From NCBI GenBank assembly GCA_965203315.1, contig OZ241857.1, positions 544,001 through 608,000 of the forward strand: a stretch of DNA of 64,000 nt. The letters run 5' to 3'. Both the position numbers and the translations under genes were made by a program. The notes under the pieces are model-generated. The model was not told where the DNA came from, did not search any database, and saw only the letters and a list, made by a program, of their open reading frames with translations. Positions 1 through 12,300 of this stretch are shown piece by piece. Each line of letters opens with the position of its first letter. The stretch's first letter is position 1. Source of the stretch: Nitrosopumilus sp. (GTDB taxonomy: Archaea; Thermoproteota; Nitrososphaeria; Nitrososphaerales; Nitrosopumilaceae).

Positions 1-525
1 GTCAGCGATCTCATAAACAACACATGTCCATAAACTTGATTTTAGAGACAGATTTGTATTGTTGATGTTCAAGATGATATCTGTATTCATGTATGGTGTT
101 GTCAAACTCTTGTACAAAAAACTCATCACTGACGATTATACAAAACCTCTATTCATCACGATATTTATAGCTGCAAAGTAGAATACAAGTAATGAACGTT
201 ACAAATTTTTATATTAACCGGTTGAAAGTCGACAACTTTAAAAACTTTCAAAATCTAAAAGTCGAACTCGATCGATTTAACATGATCATTGGACCAAACG
301 CTTCTGGAAAATCCAATTTCAAGAACATATTCTCTTTTTTGAAGGATATTGTTGATAAAGGTTTACAAGATGCTTTATCAATTCATGGTGGTCGTGGATA
401 CGTATTAAATTTTAACGCAAAAGAACCATTACTGTCTATTGAAATACATTTTTTATCAGACACGCCAGAAATTCTTTTACCAAATAATGACTATTTGCCA
501 AAGCTTGAAGCAAGAAGACTAGTTT

Positions 526-1780
526 CAGTACTTCCAACTGTCTGCTTATTAACAAGCTGCAGCGGCAATCTTTGGTGGAGGCCATTTTTCTCGATAGAGT
601 TCAATGTAATCTAGCACAAGATCTCTGAACGTAAGTTGAGGAATGTGCCACCAACCAACATTCAATGGATCATTTTCATCATCTATGTTACGTGCTATGA
701 TCCAAGCATTATAAAACAAAAGAGAAAAAGAAAACAACAAATCTCTTACTGATTCATTTTTAGTTGTAGTTGGTAATCTCATCTTATCGACTACCCTATA
801 TCCAGTTTCAATAACCCATCGCTTTGCGTATTTTTTTGTATCAATTCTTGGATTGTTTGTTGCAAATGGAATGTAGTCTATTTTACCATCCTTTTCAATT
901 TCTTCTATGATCATGTAATAGTCCATTGACAAGCCTTTGCCATTAGAGATCGTACGTTTTGATACTCGTTTACGTTTTCCTTGTTTGTACTCTTCTAGAT
1001 ATCGCCTTGTCTTGGCGTTATTTTGACAGATGGTGAGAAATGTGTAACCTCGACCTTGCAGCAGCTGCAAGATCTGTGTAGTAAGAAACTCACGATCCAT
1101 CAACCAGTTACCAATGTCCAGACGCAGATCTTCACAATCTTTGATGATTTTACGCACAAAATTGGGGTTTTGGTCTCCTTTGTACATGGCATGTTTTGAC
1201 ACAACTAGTGTTTCGCCTTCGTTTATGACTTGTGCTGTCATGTACTTTTCATGTAATGCATATCTGTCGTCAACCGGACCATAGCATAGTTTAGTATCTG
1301 TTTTGTCATCATATCGTGCATATTTGTGCAGATCAATTGCTATATCTTTTGGCTCTTTAGACCAACGACCCATATCTTGTAATGCTGCGATGTTGCTTTT
1401 TACTGACCTTTTAAATTTAAAGTTGTCAAAATCAGCTGCTGCCTTTTTGAATAATAGTCTAAAATATTCTGGAGATGGAGCACGCTTTTTCCTCATTTTC
1501 ATTGAAGTTGAATGTCCAGTTATTGTACTTTTAGACATGGCTGTTTTAAACATAATGGATAAAACATCTTCTTTACCAAACTTTGCATTATTTTTTTTAG
1601 ACACAGGAATATCTAAATCATTTAAAAATGCAGTATATCGAGAATATTCTAAATGTCTTCTAAATCGCTGTCCATTTAATTCATTTTTGTTTTTCAACAA
1701 AAGTTATTTTTAGAAACCCTTTATAGATCTTTCTATTTCTATATAATTTTCGTTATTTAAAGAGACATTTGGAAGTACTG
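526..1780 (-). mobile_element. IS4-superfamily (ISH3-like) insertion sequence
   Basis: TIRs CAGTACTTCCAA(C/A)TGTCT; direct repeat TAGTTT at 520-525 and 1781-1786; contains transposase. Confidence 0.92.
549..1700 (-). CDS. DDE transposase, IS4/ISH3-like
   Basis: AIDLH, MDREF and YAKRWVIETGY (Y-2-R-3-E) motifs. Confidence 0.88.
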   Translation of the reverse strand: MLKNKNELNGQRFRRHLEYSRYTAFLNDLDIPVSKKNNAKFGKEDVLSIMFKTAMSKSTITGHSTSMKMRKKRAPSPEYFRLLFKKAAADFDNFKFKRSVKSNIAALQDMGRWSKEPKDIAIDLHKYARYDDKTDTKLCYGPVDDRYALHEKYMTAQVINEGETLVVSKHAMYKGDQNPNFVRKIIKDCEDLRLDIGNWLMDREFLTTQILQLLQGRGYTFLTICQNNAKTRRYLEEYKQGKRKRVSKRTISNGKGLSMDYYMIIEEIEKDGKIDYIPFATNNPRIDTKKYAKRWVIETGYRVVDKMRLPTTTKNESVRDLLFSFSLLFYNAWIIARNIDDENDPLNVGWWHIPQLTFRDLVLDYIELYREKWPPPKIAAAAC

Positions 1781-2675
1781 TAGTTTATAAATTTTGTATT
1801 AAATTCACACAAAGCAGAGACTACACAATAACTGATGATCAGTTGATCGTTCATTTTGACAACGTACTTGATTCAGATGAATATGATTATAATTTAACTA
1901 TTTCAAAAAGTGGGAAAAAAATTATCCTTGATAATAATCTTCCAAACAAAATAAAAACTCAAATTGATGATTACTGTGATGAATTTAAAAAAGTTTTTCT
2001 AGCAAACAAAAAAGATTTATTGCTAGAAGACCCTACACTTAGATTTATACTGCCAACATGGTATAAATTTATTAATAGCATATCTGTATATGATTTTGAT
2101 CCAAAAAAATTAAAATCCCCCAGTAATATGAGTCAATCTTTTGAGTTGAGTCACGATGGATCCAATTTATCATACGTGCTAGACAAAATTAAAAAAGATG
2201 ACAAAAATTTCAAAAAACTTTTGGTTTATTTACAAGAGTTGTTACCTTTTTTGAAATCAATCTCTACGAAATATCATAGTGGATCAATGGAGTTTAATCT
2301 ACAAGAAATTTACAACACTAGGAACATATCTGCATTATTTGCTTCAGACGGAACAGTGAACATTATTGCATTGTTGATTGCTCTATTTCTTGAAGACAAC
2401 AAACTTTCTGTTATAGAAGAACCAGAACGTAACATTCACCCTGGACTGTTAAACAGCATAGTTGACATAATGGACGATGCGTCGGAAATAAACCAAATCA
2501 TAACTGCCACTCATAATTTAACTCTTCTTGAATATGTTTCAAGAGATAAAATATTGATGATGAGTAGAGATAGTCAAGGGAATTCATCTCTAATTAAACC
2601 AAAAGATCATGAACAACTTAAAAAATTCAGCTCCGAGATGTCTATACAGACACTTTTGAAACAAAATTTGATATC

Positions 2676-2842
2676 ATGATATCCAAAGACTTGTACGTAT
2701 ATCTGGAAGGAAAAGACGATGAGTGATTTATTAAGGCGATTATAAAAAATGTTTCAAAGAATAAAACTCAATTATTTTCAAGTACATGAATTTAAAAAAG
2801 TTGATATTTGTAACGAGTTTCAAAGACATGTAAAACAATGAA
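2676..2842 (+). pseudogene. Relic of a TOPRIM-like partner of the ATPase
   Basis: ATGA overlap with the ATPase stop; reads MISKDLYVYLEGKDDE*FIKAII (EGxxD motif, then a stop); cut by MITE at 2843. Confidence 0.55.
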
Positions 2843-2976
2843 CTATAGTCATGAATGGAATTGTTTTTTGTTCACTCTCATATGTGTGAGGTCGGAAACA
2901 GAATGTACCTCTGACAGAACAGCTAACACCAAATTGTGACACAACACTAGGAAAGTTATTGTGTTCACGACTATAG
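2843..2976. mobile_element. MITE-A copy 1 (IS630-like ends)
   Basis: Ends CTATAGTCATGAA...TTCACGACTATAG; homologous to copies at 12640, 21018 and 23477. Confidence 0.85.
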
Positions 2977-3195
2977 AACACAATGGATCATGCATAAAGA
3001 TTACCCAGATCGAGTGCATGTACAGAGAGGTTAGTAAACACACTATCGCGGACTAGTTCTATATAACAATATGACACATGTAATAACTAAAACGATTAGA
3101 GTATTTTGGAGCCATCTAAAGAGACTGCATTATGCGATCAGTTTGATACTACAGCCAACTGTACTAAAGCACATGATAGTTAACTTTATACTCAA

Positions 3196-3495
3196 ATGTC
3201 TGATCGCTCTGACCACTTGGCTAAAAAGCATAGATTGATTAAGCAGTTGTGTCGATACAAGATCATGGTTAGAAATGCCAAACAGCTGTTACAACAAATA
3301 CAGGCTCTTGAAGCAGAGAATAAAGAAATTGAATCTCAGATCAAGGATCTTGAAGCAGAGAAGAAGAAACTCACTGAACAAAAGAAATCGCTCACAAGTG
3401 AATGCAAGAAATTTGAACGAACAATAGAGCGACAATTGAAGAGACAATCACAGATACTAAAAAAATCATCTGGTACTCAAAGACGTTCAAAATAG
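3196..3495 (+). CDS. Small coiled-coil protein (true start may be the later MVRNAK)
   Basis: Heptad-rich charged sequence. Confidence 0.6.
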   Translation: MSDRSDHLAKKHRLIKQLCRYKIMVRNAKQLLQQIQALEAENKEIESQIKDLEAEKKKLTEQKKSLTSECKKFERTIERQLKRQSQILKKSSGTQRRSK

Positions 3496-4023
3496 CTCAC
3501 TTTGCGTGACGTATAATGTGTACGTCATCTTGAGCCTTTAATCTCGTAGAGTGGTCGATTTACAAGAGTATGAATGTATGTGTCACAACTGTATCATCTG
3601 GATGATACTCAAATTCAAGAAATGTTGAACTTGTGGGTGTGGATATTTCGGGATATCGATAATAATGAATAGTTCATTACAACTAGAGGACTTGGAGTTC
3701 AAACTCAACATCTGGACTCTTAATTTTCAGTTGTAGATCTTTGAGATCAGTTGTGTCTATTGTCCTACTAGCTATTTATCGATATTTTATTTGATAAACG
3801 ATTATAGATCTCGATCGAGGTGATTTTACAGACTTGTTCGGTGGCATCTCAAATATGTGCTGTGACACACCTGTGCAGAGATAGTTGTGATGTCATATAC
3901 TGTGTGGTAAATATGGCAAAGTTGAGGGATCGGGACACAATCAGATCTAAGACGAATATTATGTTGTAGTGTGATGGCAGATGTACAAATGTTCTAGATA
4001 CTGTGGGGGGCTAATTAAACAAA

Positions 4024-5319
4024 TTATAAGTCCAGATTGGTTGACGCCGATATCATGTCTGTGATATCGTCTTTGTTGTGCTCATATGAGATGGCACCCA
4101 ACTTTCCTGGCAGAAAGAATATTCCATTATTTGTGATCATCTTGAAGTGATATCGAGTCAACTTGTCAACATCACATTGACTCGCCAGAGTTGCATTGGT
4201 TATATCTGTGATGTCGTCTCTTGGAAAATGTGTCATGAACAATGAACCCATTCCAGTAACCACAGCTTTACCTTCAAATACTTTGGTTAACTCATCTCGG
4301 GCAAATTTACCAAGTTCATTAATCTTGGTATAGATATCAGATGATTTGAGAATCTCCAACATTGCATGACCAGCGGTCATCGACATGGGATTTGTAGAAA
4401 ATGTTCCTCCACCAACATATGCTCTGTTCGATTTTGAATGTAGTGTAGTGTCTGCAAGATTCATTATCTCTTTTTTACCGCATATTATCCCTATGGGCAT
4501 TCCTCCACCAACTATCTTTCCTAGCGTTACGATATCTGGTTCTAAACCCATAGTCGGGTATAAACATCCATATCTAAATCTAAATCCGGTAACGATCTCA
4601 TCTAGGATCAATAGACTATCATTACCATGAACAAACTCTTGTATCGCTTTGAGATACTCTGTACTAGCTGGTATGCAACCGCCCCCACCAAGAACGGGTT
4701 CTATCACGACTCCTGCAAGTTTATTTTTGTACTTTTGTAGTATGTTGAGGGATTCTGCAATGTCGTTATATGGGATTGACACTATATCTGATTCATGGAG
4801 CATTCCACAACTCTCAGACTCGGTATATGGCCAATTCACACTCTTTAACAGATCACTACCATATCCGTGCCATCCTCCATCTATCTTGGCGATTACACTT
4901 CGGTTCGTTGCTGAACGTGCAAGTCTAGTTGCATACATTGTCGCTTCTGTTCCAGACGTTACATATCGAATCTTTTCTGCTGATTTTACCGCATCTGCGA
5001 TCATACTAGATAGTCTATTTGTTGCTTGATTTACTGTACCGTACATCCAACTATCTTTGATTTGATCATACAAACGATCCAGTATGGCTGATGGTCTATG
5101 TCCTAGTATCAAGCTCCAATGACCCATCCAATAGTCTGTATACGTATTATCATCAACGTCGATCAGACTCTTTCCTGATGCTGATTTAACTACAAATGGA
5201 TATGGTTCAAAGAATCTAATGTTGTGGCTTACACCATTGACATGGTATTTAGACGACTCTGCAAATAACACTGCCGATCTCTTGGTTTTTTGACGATATC
5301 TCTCTTGATCATTCATCAT
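4024..5319 (-). CDS. hemL: Class III PLP aminotransferase, glutamate-1-semialdehyde aminomutase-like
   Basis: [25 protein letters not shown] (PLP lysine) and GGTFSTNP motifs. Confidence 0.8.
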   Translation of the reverse strand: MMNDQERYRQKTKRSAVLFAESSKYHVNGVSHNIRFFEPYPFVVKSASGKSLIDVDDNTYTDYWMGHWSLILGHRPSAILDRLYDQIKDSWMYGTVNQATNRLSSMIADAVKSAEKIRYVTSGTEATMYATRLARSATNRSVIAKIDGGWHGYGSDLLKSVNWPYTESESCGMLHESDIVSIPYNDIAESLNILQKYKNKLAGVVIEPVLGGGGCIPASTEYLKAIQEFVHGNDSLLILDEIVTGFRFRYGCLYPTMGLEPDIVTLGKIVGGGMPIGIICGKKEIMNLADTTLHSKSNRAYVGGGTFSTNPMSMTAGHAMLEILKSSDIYTKINELGKFARDELTKVFEGKAVVTGMGSLFMTHFPRDDITDITNATLASQCDVDKLTRYHFKMITNNGIFFLPGKLGAISYEHNKDDITDMISASTNLDL

Positions 5320-5610
5320 ATACTAAACCCATGAACAATATTTTAACCATTTATGTCCAATGTGTCCAATCATTGTACAAGTTCATAGACATATTCTCAT
5401 TGATGTGTAGATTACTGATAGCGAAAGGGTATTTTCAAGACTGGTGATTACAAACACAAGCAATATCGTAACCAATCAAGATTGTTATCTTGTTTTAGGT
5501 CAATGTTCAGATATCATGGCATCATCCATGATATCATCTAAGTATCGTCTATGATATCGTCTACAGTATAGACGATGTTATGTAGATGATGCTAAAACAT
5601 ATATCTTTAA

Positions 5611-6360
5611 ATGAAGAGTACCATAGCTGTGGTAGAAGTAACACTAGCAGTAGCTGCACTTGCTGGTCTTGGCTCGTTTGTGGCACCATGCATATTACCA
5701 ATGATTCCAGCTTTTTTGGCTTATATCTCTGGTACAACACTCTCCGAATTAAGTCAGAGTGGATCCAAAACGGTCACGGTGAATCGGACAAATATCGTAC
5801 TAAACTCGGTATTTTTCGTATTGGGTTTCTCGGTAGTCTTTTCGACACTGGGCGTGATCATAAATAGCGTTCTATCGACACCTGCAAGCTCGTTCCTCGA
5901 CAGTCTCAATCAGATAGGCGGAGTTATAATTGTAGGTTTTGGAGCATTCCTCCTCTTATCCACAAAGATAAATCGACTAAACATGGAGAAAAAGTTCTTC
6001 CCAAAGAGATCAAAAGCAAGCTATCCAATGTCGTTTGTGTTCGGACTGGCATTCGCAGCTGGTTGGACACCATGTGTTGGACCCATTCTTGGCACCATAC
6101 TGACACTAGCTGCTACGACTCCATCACTGGCATTCAATTTACTTTTAGTTTACTCATTGAGTCTTGGAATTCCATTCATATTGATCGGAATATTCTACTC
6201 GAGGGCAACTCGAGTAATTCGTTCGATGAGTAAACACCTTAAATATTATAATCTAGTACTAGGAGTATTCATTATGATACTTGGCGTTCTAGTTTATACA
6301 AATCAGATAGCGTATCTTGCAAACTTTCCTTTACTGAACGAGTTGTTGTTATATGGATAA
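5611..6360 (+). CDS. ccdA: CcdA/DsbD-beta transmembrane reductase
   Basis: APCILPMIP and WTPCVGPIL motifs, multiple TM segments. Confidence 0.9.
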   Translation: MKSTIAVVEVTLAVAALAGLGSFVAPCILPMIPAFLAYISGTTLSELSQSGSKTVTVNRTNIVLNSVFFVLGFSVVFSTLGVIINSVLSTPASSFLDSLNQIGGVIIVGFGAFLLLSTKINRLNMEKKFFPKRSKASYPMSFVFGLAFAAGWTPCVGPILGTILTLAATTPSLAFNLLLVYSLSLGIPFILIGIFYSRATRVIRSMSKHLKYYNLVLGVFIMILGVLVYTNQIAYLANFPLLNELLLYG

Positions 6361-7636
6361 AAACATACTGTATGGTATTATTATTGGCGCCATAGTTGTG
6401 TCCGGAATAGTATCAATAAACCTGATATTTAGTATGTATGATACCAATCAACAATCCGACATATTCGATGAATCTCTATTGAATCCCATATCCACAGATT
6501 CTATAATTGAACCGACTGTACAAGATGACACAAAGGACACAAATGATCCAGTACAGCACAACCAATCCAATGTAGACATACAAGACACACTACAGGATGT
6601 AGTACCATCCGATGAAAAAACTAGCACCATACAAGATACAAACGTAAGCGATGTGCCGAAAATAGATAAATCTAGATTTAGGCAGGCTCCAGATCTAACT
6701 GGTATTGCAGGCTACATCAATGTATTGCAAGAAGATTTGAAAGAAGAGATCAAAGATCAAGTTGTACTGTACGATATTTGGACATACAGTTGCATCAACT
6801 GTATTCGTACTTTACCATTCATCACAGCTTGGGACGAAAAATATAGTGATCAGGGATTATTGATAATAGGCGTTCATACTCCTGAATTCGAGTTTGAAAA
6901 AGATATCGATAATGTTCAAACAGCTGTAAACAAATATGGTATAAAGTATCCTGTCATACTAGACAATGATAAAGAGATCTGGAATGCGTTTGAGAATCGT
7001 TATTGGCCACGAAAATACATTGCAGATCATGAAGGATATATCAGGTATAACACCATCGGTGAAGGCAAATACAAAGAGACCGAGACTGTCATACAACGAC
7101 TGTTGGCTGAACGTTCTCAACAACTGAATATTGCACCAATGACAAATATTGATCTAGTCGATATGGATGAATTTAAGCACTCGCAAAACACACCAGAATT
7201 GTATTTTGGATACAAATTTGCATATGGTAGAAACAATCTAGGTAATGTGCAAGGATTCCAACCAGATCAGACAGTACAGTACGAGATACCAGATAAGACG
7301 TCTATGAACAAATTTTACTTGACAGGTCTATGGAAGAACACGCCTGACAGCATGGAGCTATTGTCTGATTCTGGAATCGTCAAAGCAAACTATCATGCAA
7401 AACAAGTAAACATAGTAACTGCAGGTACAGCAGAACTAGAGATATTGATAGATGGTGAAAGAATACCAGATCATATGGCTGGCAGTGATGTTGTAAATGG
7501 TACTGTAATGGTCTCGGAGCCAGATCTATACAATATCGTCTCTTCGGATATCAGTGAAACACATGCGATTGAGATTCATATAGATAACACCAAAGATCGT
7601 ACTAACTTTCAAATTTTTACATTTACGTTTGGATAG
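6353..7636 (+). CDS. Membrane-anchored thioredoxin-like protein (DipZ C-terminal type)
   Basis: N-terminal TM, WTYSCINC, GVHTPEFEFEK and NRYWP; overlaps ccdA. Confidence 0.88.
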   Translation: MDKNILYGIIIGAIVVSGIVSINLIFSMYDTNQQSDIFDESLLNPISTDSIIEPTVQDDTKDTNDPVQHNQSNVDIQDTLQDVVPSDEKTSTIQDTNVSDVPKIDKSRFRQAPDLTGIAGYINVLQEDLKEEIKDQVVLYDIWTYSCINCIRTLPFITAWDEKYSDQGLLIIGVHTPEFEFEKDIDNVQTAVNKYGIKYPVILDNDKEIWNAFENRYWPRKYIADHEGYIRYNTIGEGKYKETETVIQRLLAERSQQLNIAPMTNIDLVDMDEFKHSQNTPELYFGYKFAYGRNNLGNVQGFQPDQTVQYEIPDKTSMNKFYLTGLWKNTPDSMELLSDSGIVKANYHAKQVNIVTAGTAELEILIDGERIPDHMAGSDVVNGTVMVSEPDLYNIVSSDISETHAIEIHIDNTKDRTNFQIFTFTFG

Positions 7637-7723
7637 TGTGACTCTTTTGCCTGTTACTAGAGATACAAGAGACGCGGGTACACATCGGTTTTAAACTAAC
7701 ACTGATAAGAGGTAATCAGTATC

Positions 7724-8362
7724 ATGATCAAGTCTTGGAATAACGAAGAGAGTAGCATGACTGATAAGATGAGAGGTATGCTAAAACCCGACACACCGCT
7801 CAAGAGCAAGATTCATGCGGCTCAGACCGAATTAGATGGCAAGGTAAACAAACTAGATGAGATCAGAATAAAACTAAAGAAAAAGGAAGACCTATACTTT
7901 GCAAGGATTGTCCAAGCACGAAAGAATAACAATGTTGCATCTGCTCATGCATATGCCAACGAGTTGGCACATGTTCGAAAGGTATCCAATATGATGAGTA
8001 CTGCAAAAATCTCGCTAGAACGAGTAAAGGTGAGACTAGAGACGATATCTGAGTTTGGTGATCTCGTAGTGACGCTTAGCCCTTGTATGGCCGTGATCAA
8101 AGATTTAGGACCCTCGTTAAACGGAATAATGCCATCAGCTACTGCATCGATGCAAGACTTGTCCAGCATGTTGGGTGACATCATGGATAGTTCTTCTGTG
8201 CAAGAACAGGCAATATCTGTAGATAGCGGTGTGAGTGCAGAGACGCGTGTCATACTTGATGAAGCAGAAAATGTCATTACAAACAAGGCTAAAACAACTA
8301 TTCCAGATCTACCTGATAGTTTGAAACATCAGATTATTTCAAAGAGAGATGTCTTGATTTAG
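7724..8362 (+). CDS. ESCRT-III/Snf7 (CdvB paralog)
   Basis: AHAYANELAHVRK and SLERVKVRLETISEFGDLVVTLSP are typical of thaumarchaeal CdvB proteins. Confidence 0.85.
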   Translation: MIKSWNNEESSMTDKMRGMLKPDTPLKSKIHAAQTELDGKVNKLDEIRIKLKKKEDLYFARIVQARKNNNVASAHAYANELAHVRKVSNMMSTAKISLERVKVRLETISEFGDLVVTLSPCMAVIKDLGPSLNGIMPSATASMQDLSSMLGDIMDSSSVQEQAISVDSGVSAETRVILDEAENVITNKAKTTIPDLPDSLKHQIISKRDVLI

Positions 8363-8863
8363 TGTTTTGTAGACGATTAGATATCTTGCCCTAACAGATG
8401 CTGAGCAGATATGATAGATAACTTTACCATTTTGCTTTTGTGATGTAATGTCTGATATCTCTCTACTCTTGTTGTCACTACAATCCCGTGTCTACATTCG
8501 AGTTTAAACGATTTTCATGTGACTCAAATAAACTATGACTAGACTAACACGACACACGTGTTGTCAAAAGATCACCAACATGAGAGTCTACGAGAGTAAG
8601 ATAACCTCGATCTAGCAAGTCTAGTACAGATGACAAGTACACTCGTACCTACTCTTTGATATTTTCATATGTTTGACGACTGAATGGTTTGCAATTGTAT
8701 GTGGTGAATGGTAATCCGGTACTTGACACACCACAATGTGAGATATCTTTACTTCCGGAACTGTACTGTATACAAATGATATAGTCTTTGCATCTTACAT
8801 CAATTCTGTAATTGTAAAAACATTTGCTTGTTATTTCTACACAAAGAACAGTCTGACCTTTTT

Positions 8864-8980
8864 GGATCTCTTCGATTTACATGGGATGATATTTCGCAAG
8901 GCTTTTTTCTAATTTTCACTTGTAGAATCTTGTAGTGATTTTTCTGTAACCGTTCTATCCTATGTAAATCGAAGAGATCT
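8864..8980. mobile_element. MITE-B copy (IS6-derived)
   Basis: Ends GGATCTCTTCGATTTACAT...ATGTAAATCGAAGAGATCT match the TIRs of IS6 34127..35630. Confidence 0.85.
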
Positions 8981-9202
8981 ACATTTGTAGTATGCATAGT
9001 GATCCTGTATGCCTGTTTGTAAACAACGACAACTGTGGACAGCCACGCACATCTCTTGGAAAAGATGGATACTAGATGGAGCGTTTAATCAAAAGACGCC
9101 AAGAGGAAATGCTCTTGAAGTGTCGTCAAGAGATGAATATCATGTCAAATGGTGGGTTGGTGAACGACTTATCATATCGCGCACCGAAGAGATCCTCTAG
9201 AA

Positions 9203-9333
9203 GTATCTTTTCGATTTGCGCTGGATGACATTTCACAAGGCTTTTTCCATAATTTTCCCTCACAGACTCTAGTGTGCTTTTTCCGTATCGTTCTATACTG
9301 CTTGAACCAAAAAGATCCCACACGAAAAGATCC
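9203..9333. mobile_element. MITE-B copy with a doubled right end
   Basis: Homologous to 8864..8980; flanks CTCTAGAA/CTATAGAA (7/8 match) fit an 8-bp TSD; another end motif at 9185-9195. Confidence 0.75.
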
Positions 9334-9344
9334 CTATAGAATAC

Positions 9345-9368
9345 TTTATAAGCGTGAGGGGGGGGGGG
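9345..9368 (+). promoter_or_regulatory. TATA box followed by G11 tract
   Basis: TTTATAAG at 9345-9352, G11 at 9358-9368, TTG start at 9378. Confidence 0.65.
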
Positions 9369-9377
9369 AAGTAATTA

Positions 9378-12300
9378 TTGTACAATCATCATCTGATCTC
9401 TGCTCTTGTTCTGATAACCGTTGTATCATTTCTAATATCTAGTCCTCATGATGTACATGCATCTGATCTGCTAACAATACCACCACTAATCACCAACACA
9501 ACCAATAATGCAATAACTTTTTGGCCAGATCAAGGTGGCGATAACAAGATAAGCAATGATGCCCCTTCTCTTAGATATCTCGATGTTGGTAACTCTGCTA
9601 GTGCTGATCTCTACTTGGCAGCAGATACCTTTACGCTAGTTCATCCTCTGTTTGAGGGCATTGATGATGACTATAAGTGTCGTGCAGATTTTGAACATGT
9701 TCAACATCTTCATGTAGGCCGTGTACCTGGCTTTGCCATACCCGATAATATATCTCCTAGAACACCAACATCTAGTCTGTTTGCATATGGACTAGACTTT
9801 GCAAGCTGCACACCAGATCCCGAGGCGGTACACAGTCAACCACTGATAACCGACAAAGAGATGCGATATACGATATACGGTAAGGCAGACAAACAGCCCT
9901 ACTATTTTTCTCCACGTGACAACATAACTGCTGCACAACTCATACCCGCATGTACAACTGATATCATCGATACAAGCGACAACAACACTCTCAAAGGCGA
10001 CAATACTATGTGTTATGGCAAACACGGCTCAGATATGGTCATTATTACAAAACAACTGACTGGGTTTTATGGCGCAGCAGATAGCGTCACCACACCTGCA
10101 ACTGCCAGTTCTTCTAGTGATGCCGTAACAGGTAAAATACAAACACACGAATACTATACTGAAAAGATAAACAGTACATCTCTGATAGAATATCCCAACC
10201 CTGTCTTTTTGTACAACACATTACCTCTTTGCGAGGACTCTGTTCGTGGCACATATCACACAATACAAATGACAACAAAAGGAGATATTTTGTTCAAGTA
10301 TGCTCTAAACGGAGTACAATTTGACGGCAGGCTATTCCTGACTCTGACAGATCACACTCCCAAAAAGACCATATCGCTAGACTCTAACTTTGTCCAACAG
10401 CGTGGTAATTGGTACAACTATAACAGTACTCTTCCAAAGAGTATACTGGATCAGTTTGGCAACTTTACCAGCATAAACGCCAGACTGTTTGTGACCAATG
10501 ACACCATACCAAACAAAAACATATTCAGCAACAGCTCTACAGGTTCACCTCTATACTATAAAAGCCAGAAAAAGGCTATCATGGAGTTGCCAGATGCTGC
10601 AGATACAGTAACCTTTGTACCTGGTAAAGTACCAGGTGTCCGTGGTAATGTACATGTTCCACAAGGTGATACTGTACCGCTAACCGCAGAGATACTGTGC
10701 CAGTTTGGTCATATACAACCATCCCCATCAGCTCAGGTATTTGATCTAGGTATATCTGCAGATAACGCAACAAACGGTCTCGAGATAAAGTATGAATTTA
10801 CATCAAAGACGTTCTATCAAGGTGCAGAGGAACAGAAACCGACAAAGTTCTTTTGGATTGCAACCGACTCTGACGGCAACTCTGTCAACGGTGATACAAC
10901 TCGTACCATAACCAACTCGTACAACTTTGTCATTCCTCAAAGTACATCTGGTACATATGATATAGTGATATACGGCTCTGATGCTGAACGTACGCTAATA
11001 GGTACCCATGCAGGTTCATACACGTTTGCAGCTAGTACATCAACACCTAGCCAAACACTAACGATAACCATACCAAATACCACTCCGTCTACTGCAACTA
11101 TTGGTCTCAATACTCAGACAGCAAACGAGATAAAGTTCATCACTAGAGAGACCTCTCAAGGCAGCGGTACTAGATATCATCACCATGATGATGATTCTGA
11201 TGACACTAGAGCTGACATTACCATCCATTATAACACAAAGATAACCAGCAAAACATTCGATGTCACATCAAATACATTCTGTTATAATGCTGAATTACAA
11301 GTTGGTAATGATATTACAGTACCAAAGTTGAACAGCTATATGGCATTGGCGCTAGAGATCACAGACTTTACTCCTAAATGTCCTAATTATCCCAATATAT
11401 CATTTGACGGTAAACTGGTATTAAACAAAGAGGTCTATATACGACTAAACGGCACAGACGGTCAAAACATCTTTTATCATGTGAACGGCACAAACGACAT
11501 TGTACAGATACCAAAGTGTACCAGTACCAACTTTGATTCTAGCGACAATACACTAAAGGGCAATACAGAGGTATGTTACGGCAAAGACGGTGCAGACACT
11601 GTCATCGTATCCAAGATACTTGCAATCTTTGGAGCTACAACAGAGTCTATTCCAAAGTCTGGTACTTTGACGGGTCCAGATACAATAAAACCTACGACTC
11701 GGGGTGATCAAGACGACAAAGACTCTGGCAAGTCAAGAGATCTAGCAAATGCACCAACTTTTGGTGTATCGCAACTCACAGGTGAGCAATTGGTAACCTG
11801 TGGCTATAAAATGGATGATACCTGTCGTGATATCACCGCATATCATGTACAGTACGAACGAGATACAATACAAACTAACACGACACATACATTTGCGATA
11901 AAGACACTCGCACCAAACATGTTATACAATGTAATACTGGCATTTAGTGTACCAAGTGTTGGCTCTCCAGTGAGTGCAGCAGAAGCATACATTTCTGTAA
12001 CCCTTGGAGTAAACTATAGTGAACCATCATACCACTATATCACAGACGTTACAGTACACGACCCAAACAACATCATAGACTATGATATACAAAATACAAC
12101 AGTGTCTAGAGTGTCATGTTCAGGTGCTGAACTACAGTGCACACAAGTGACATTCCCCGATGTACTATTCCGTGAGGCGATGAACCATGAACCGTTTGCC
12201 ATACAGGTGACAGACACATTACTGTCCACTGCAATAAACTACATGAACGAAGGCGTCTTTGTCACTGGTACCTCACTAAACGCAGCACCAACAGTACAAC

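Larger units (their letters stand above)
192..2679 (+). pseudogene. ABC/SMC-like AAA ATPase (AAA_21-type) split by an IS
   Basis: Walker A GPNASGKS in 192..525; SDGT signature, Walker B IEEPE and THN H-loop in 1843..2679. Removing IS 526..1780 and one TAGTTT copy restores one frame (RRLVYKFCIKF...DDQLIVHF). Confidence 0.9.

Noticed and set aside
3653-3785. Possible fourth MITE bounded by ATATCGATAA/TTATCGATAT
   Set aside because: The inverted match is short and largely palindromic, and I found no second copy.
4005-4011. G7 run as another phase-variable tract
   Set aside because: Shorter, lies just past the hemL-like stop, and is not between a promoter and a start codon.
8800-9323. Short ORFs 8800..8997, 9009..9200 and 9126..9323
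   Set aside because: They overlap the MITE-B cluster, as do similar ORFs at 2849, 20908 and 23233; likely spurious.
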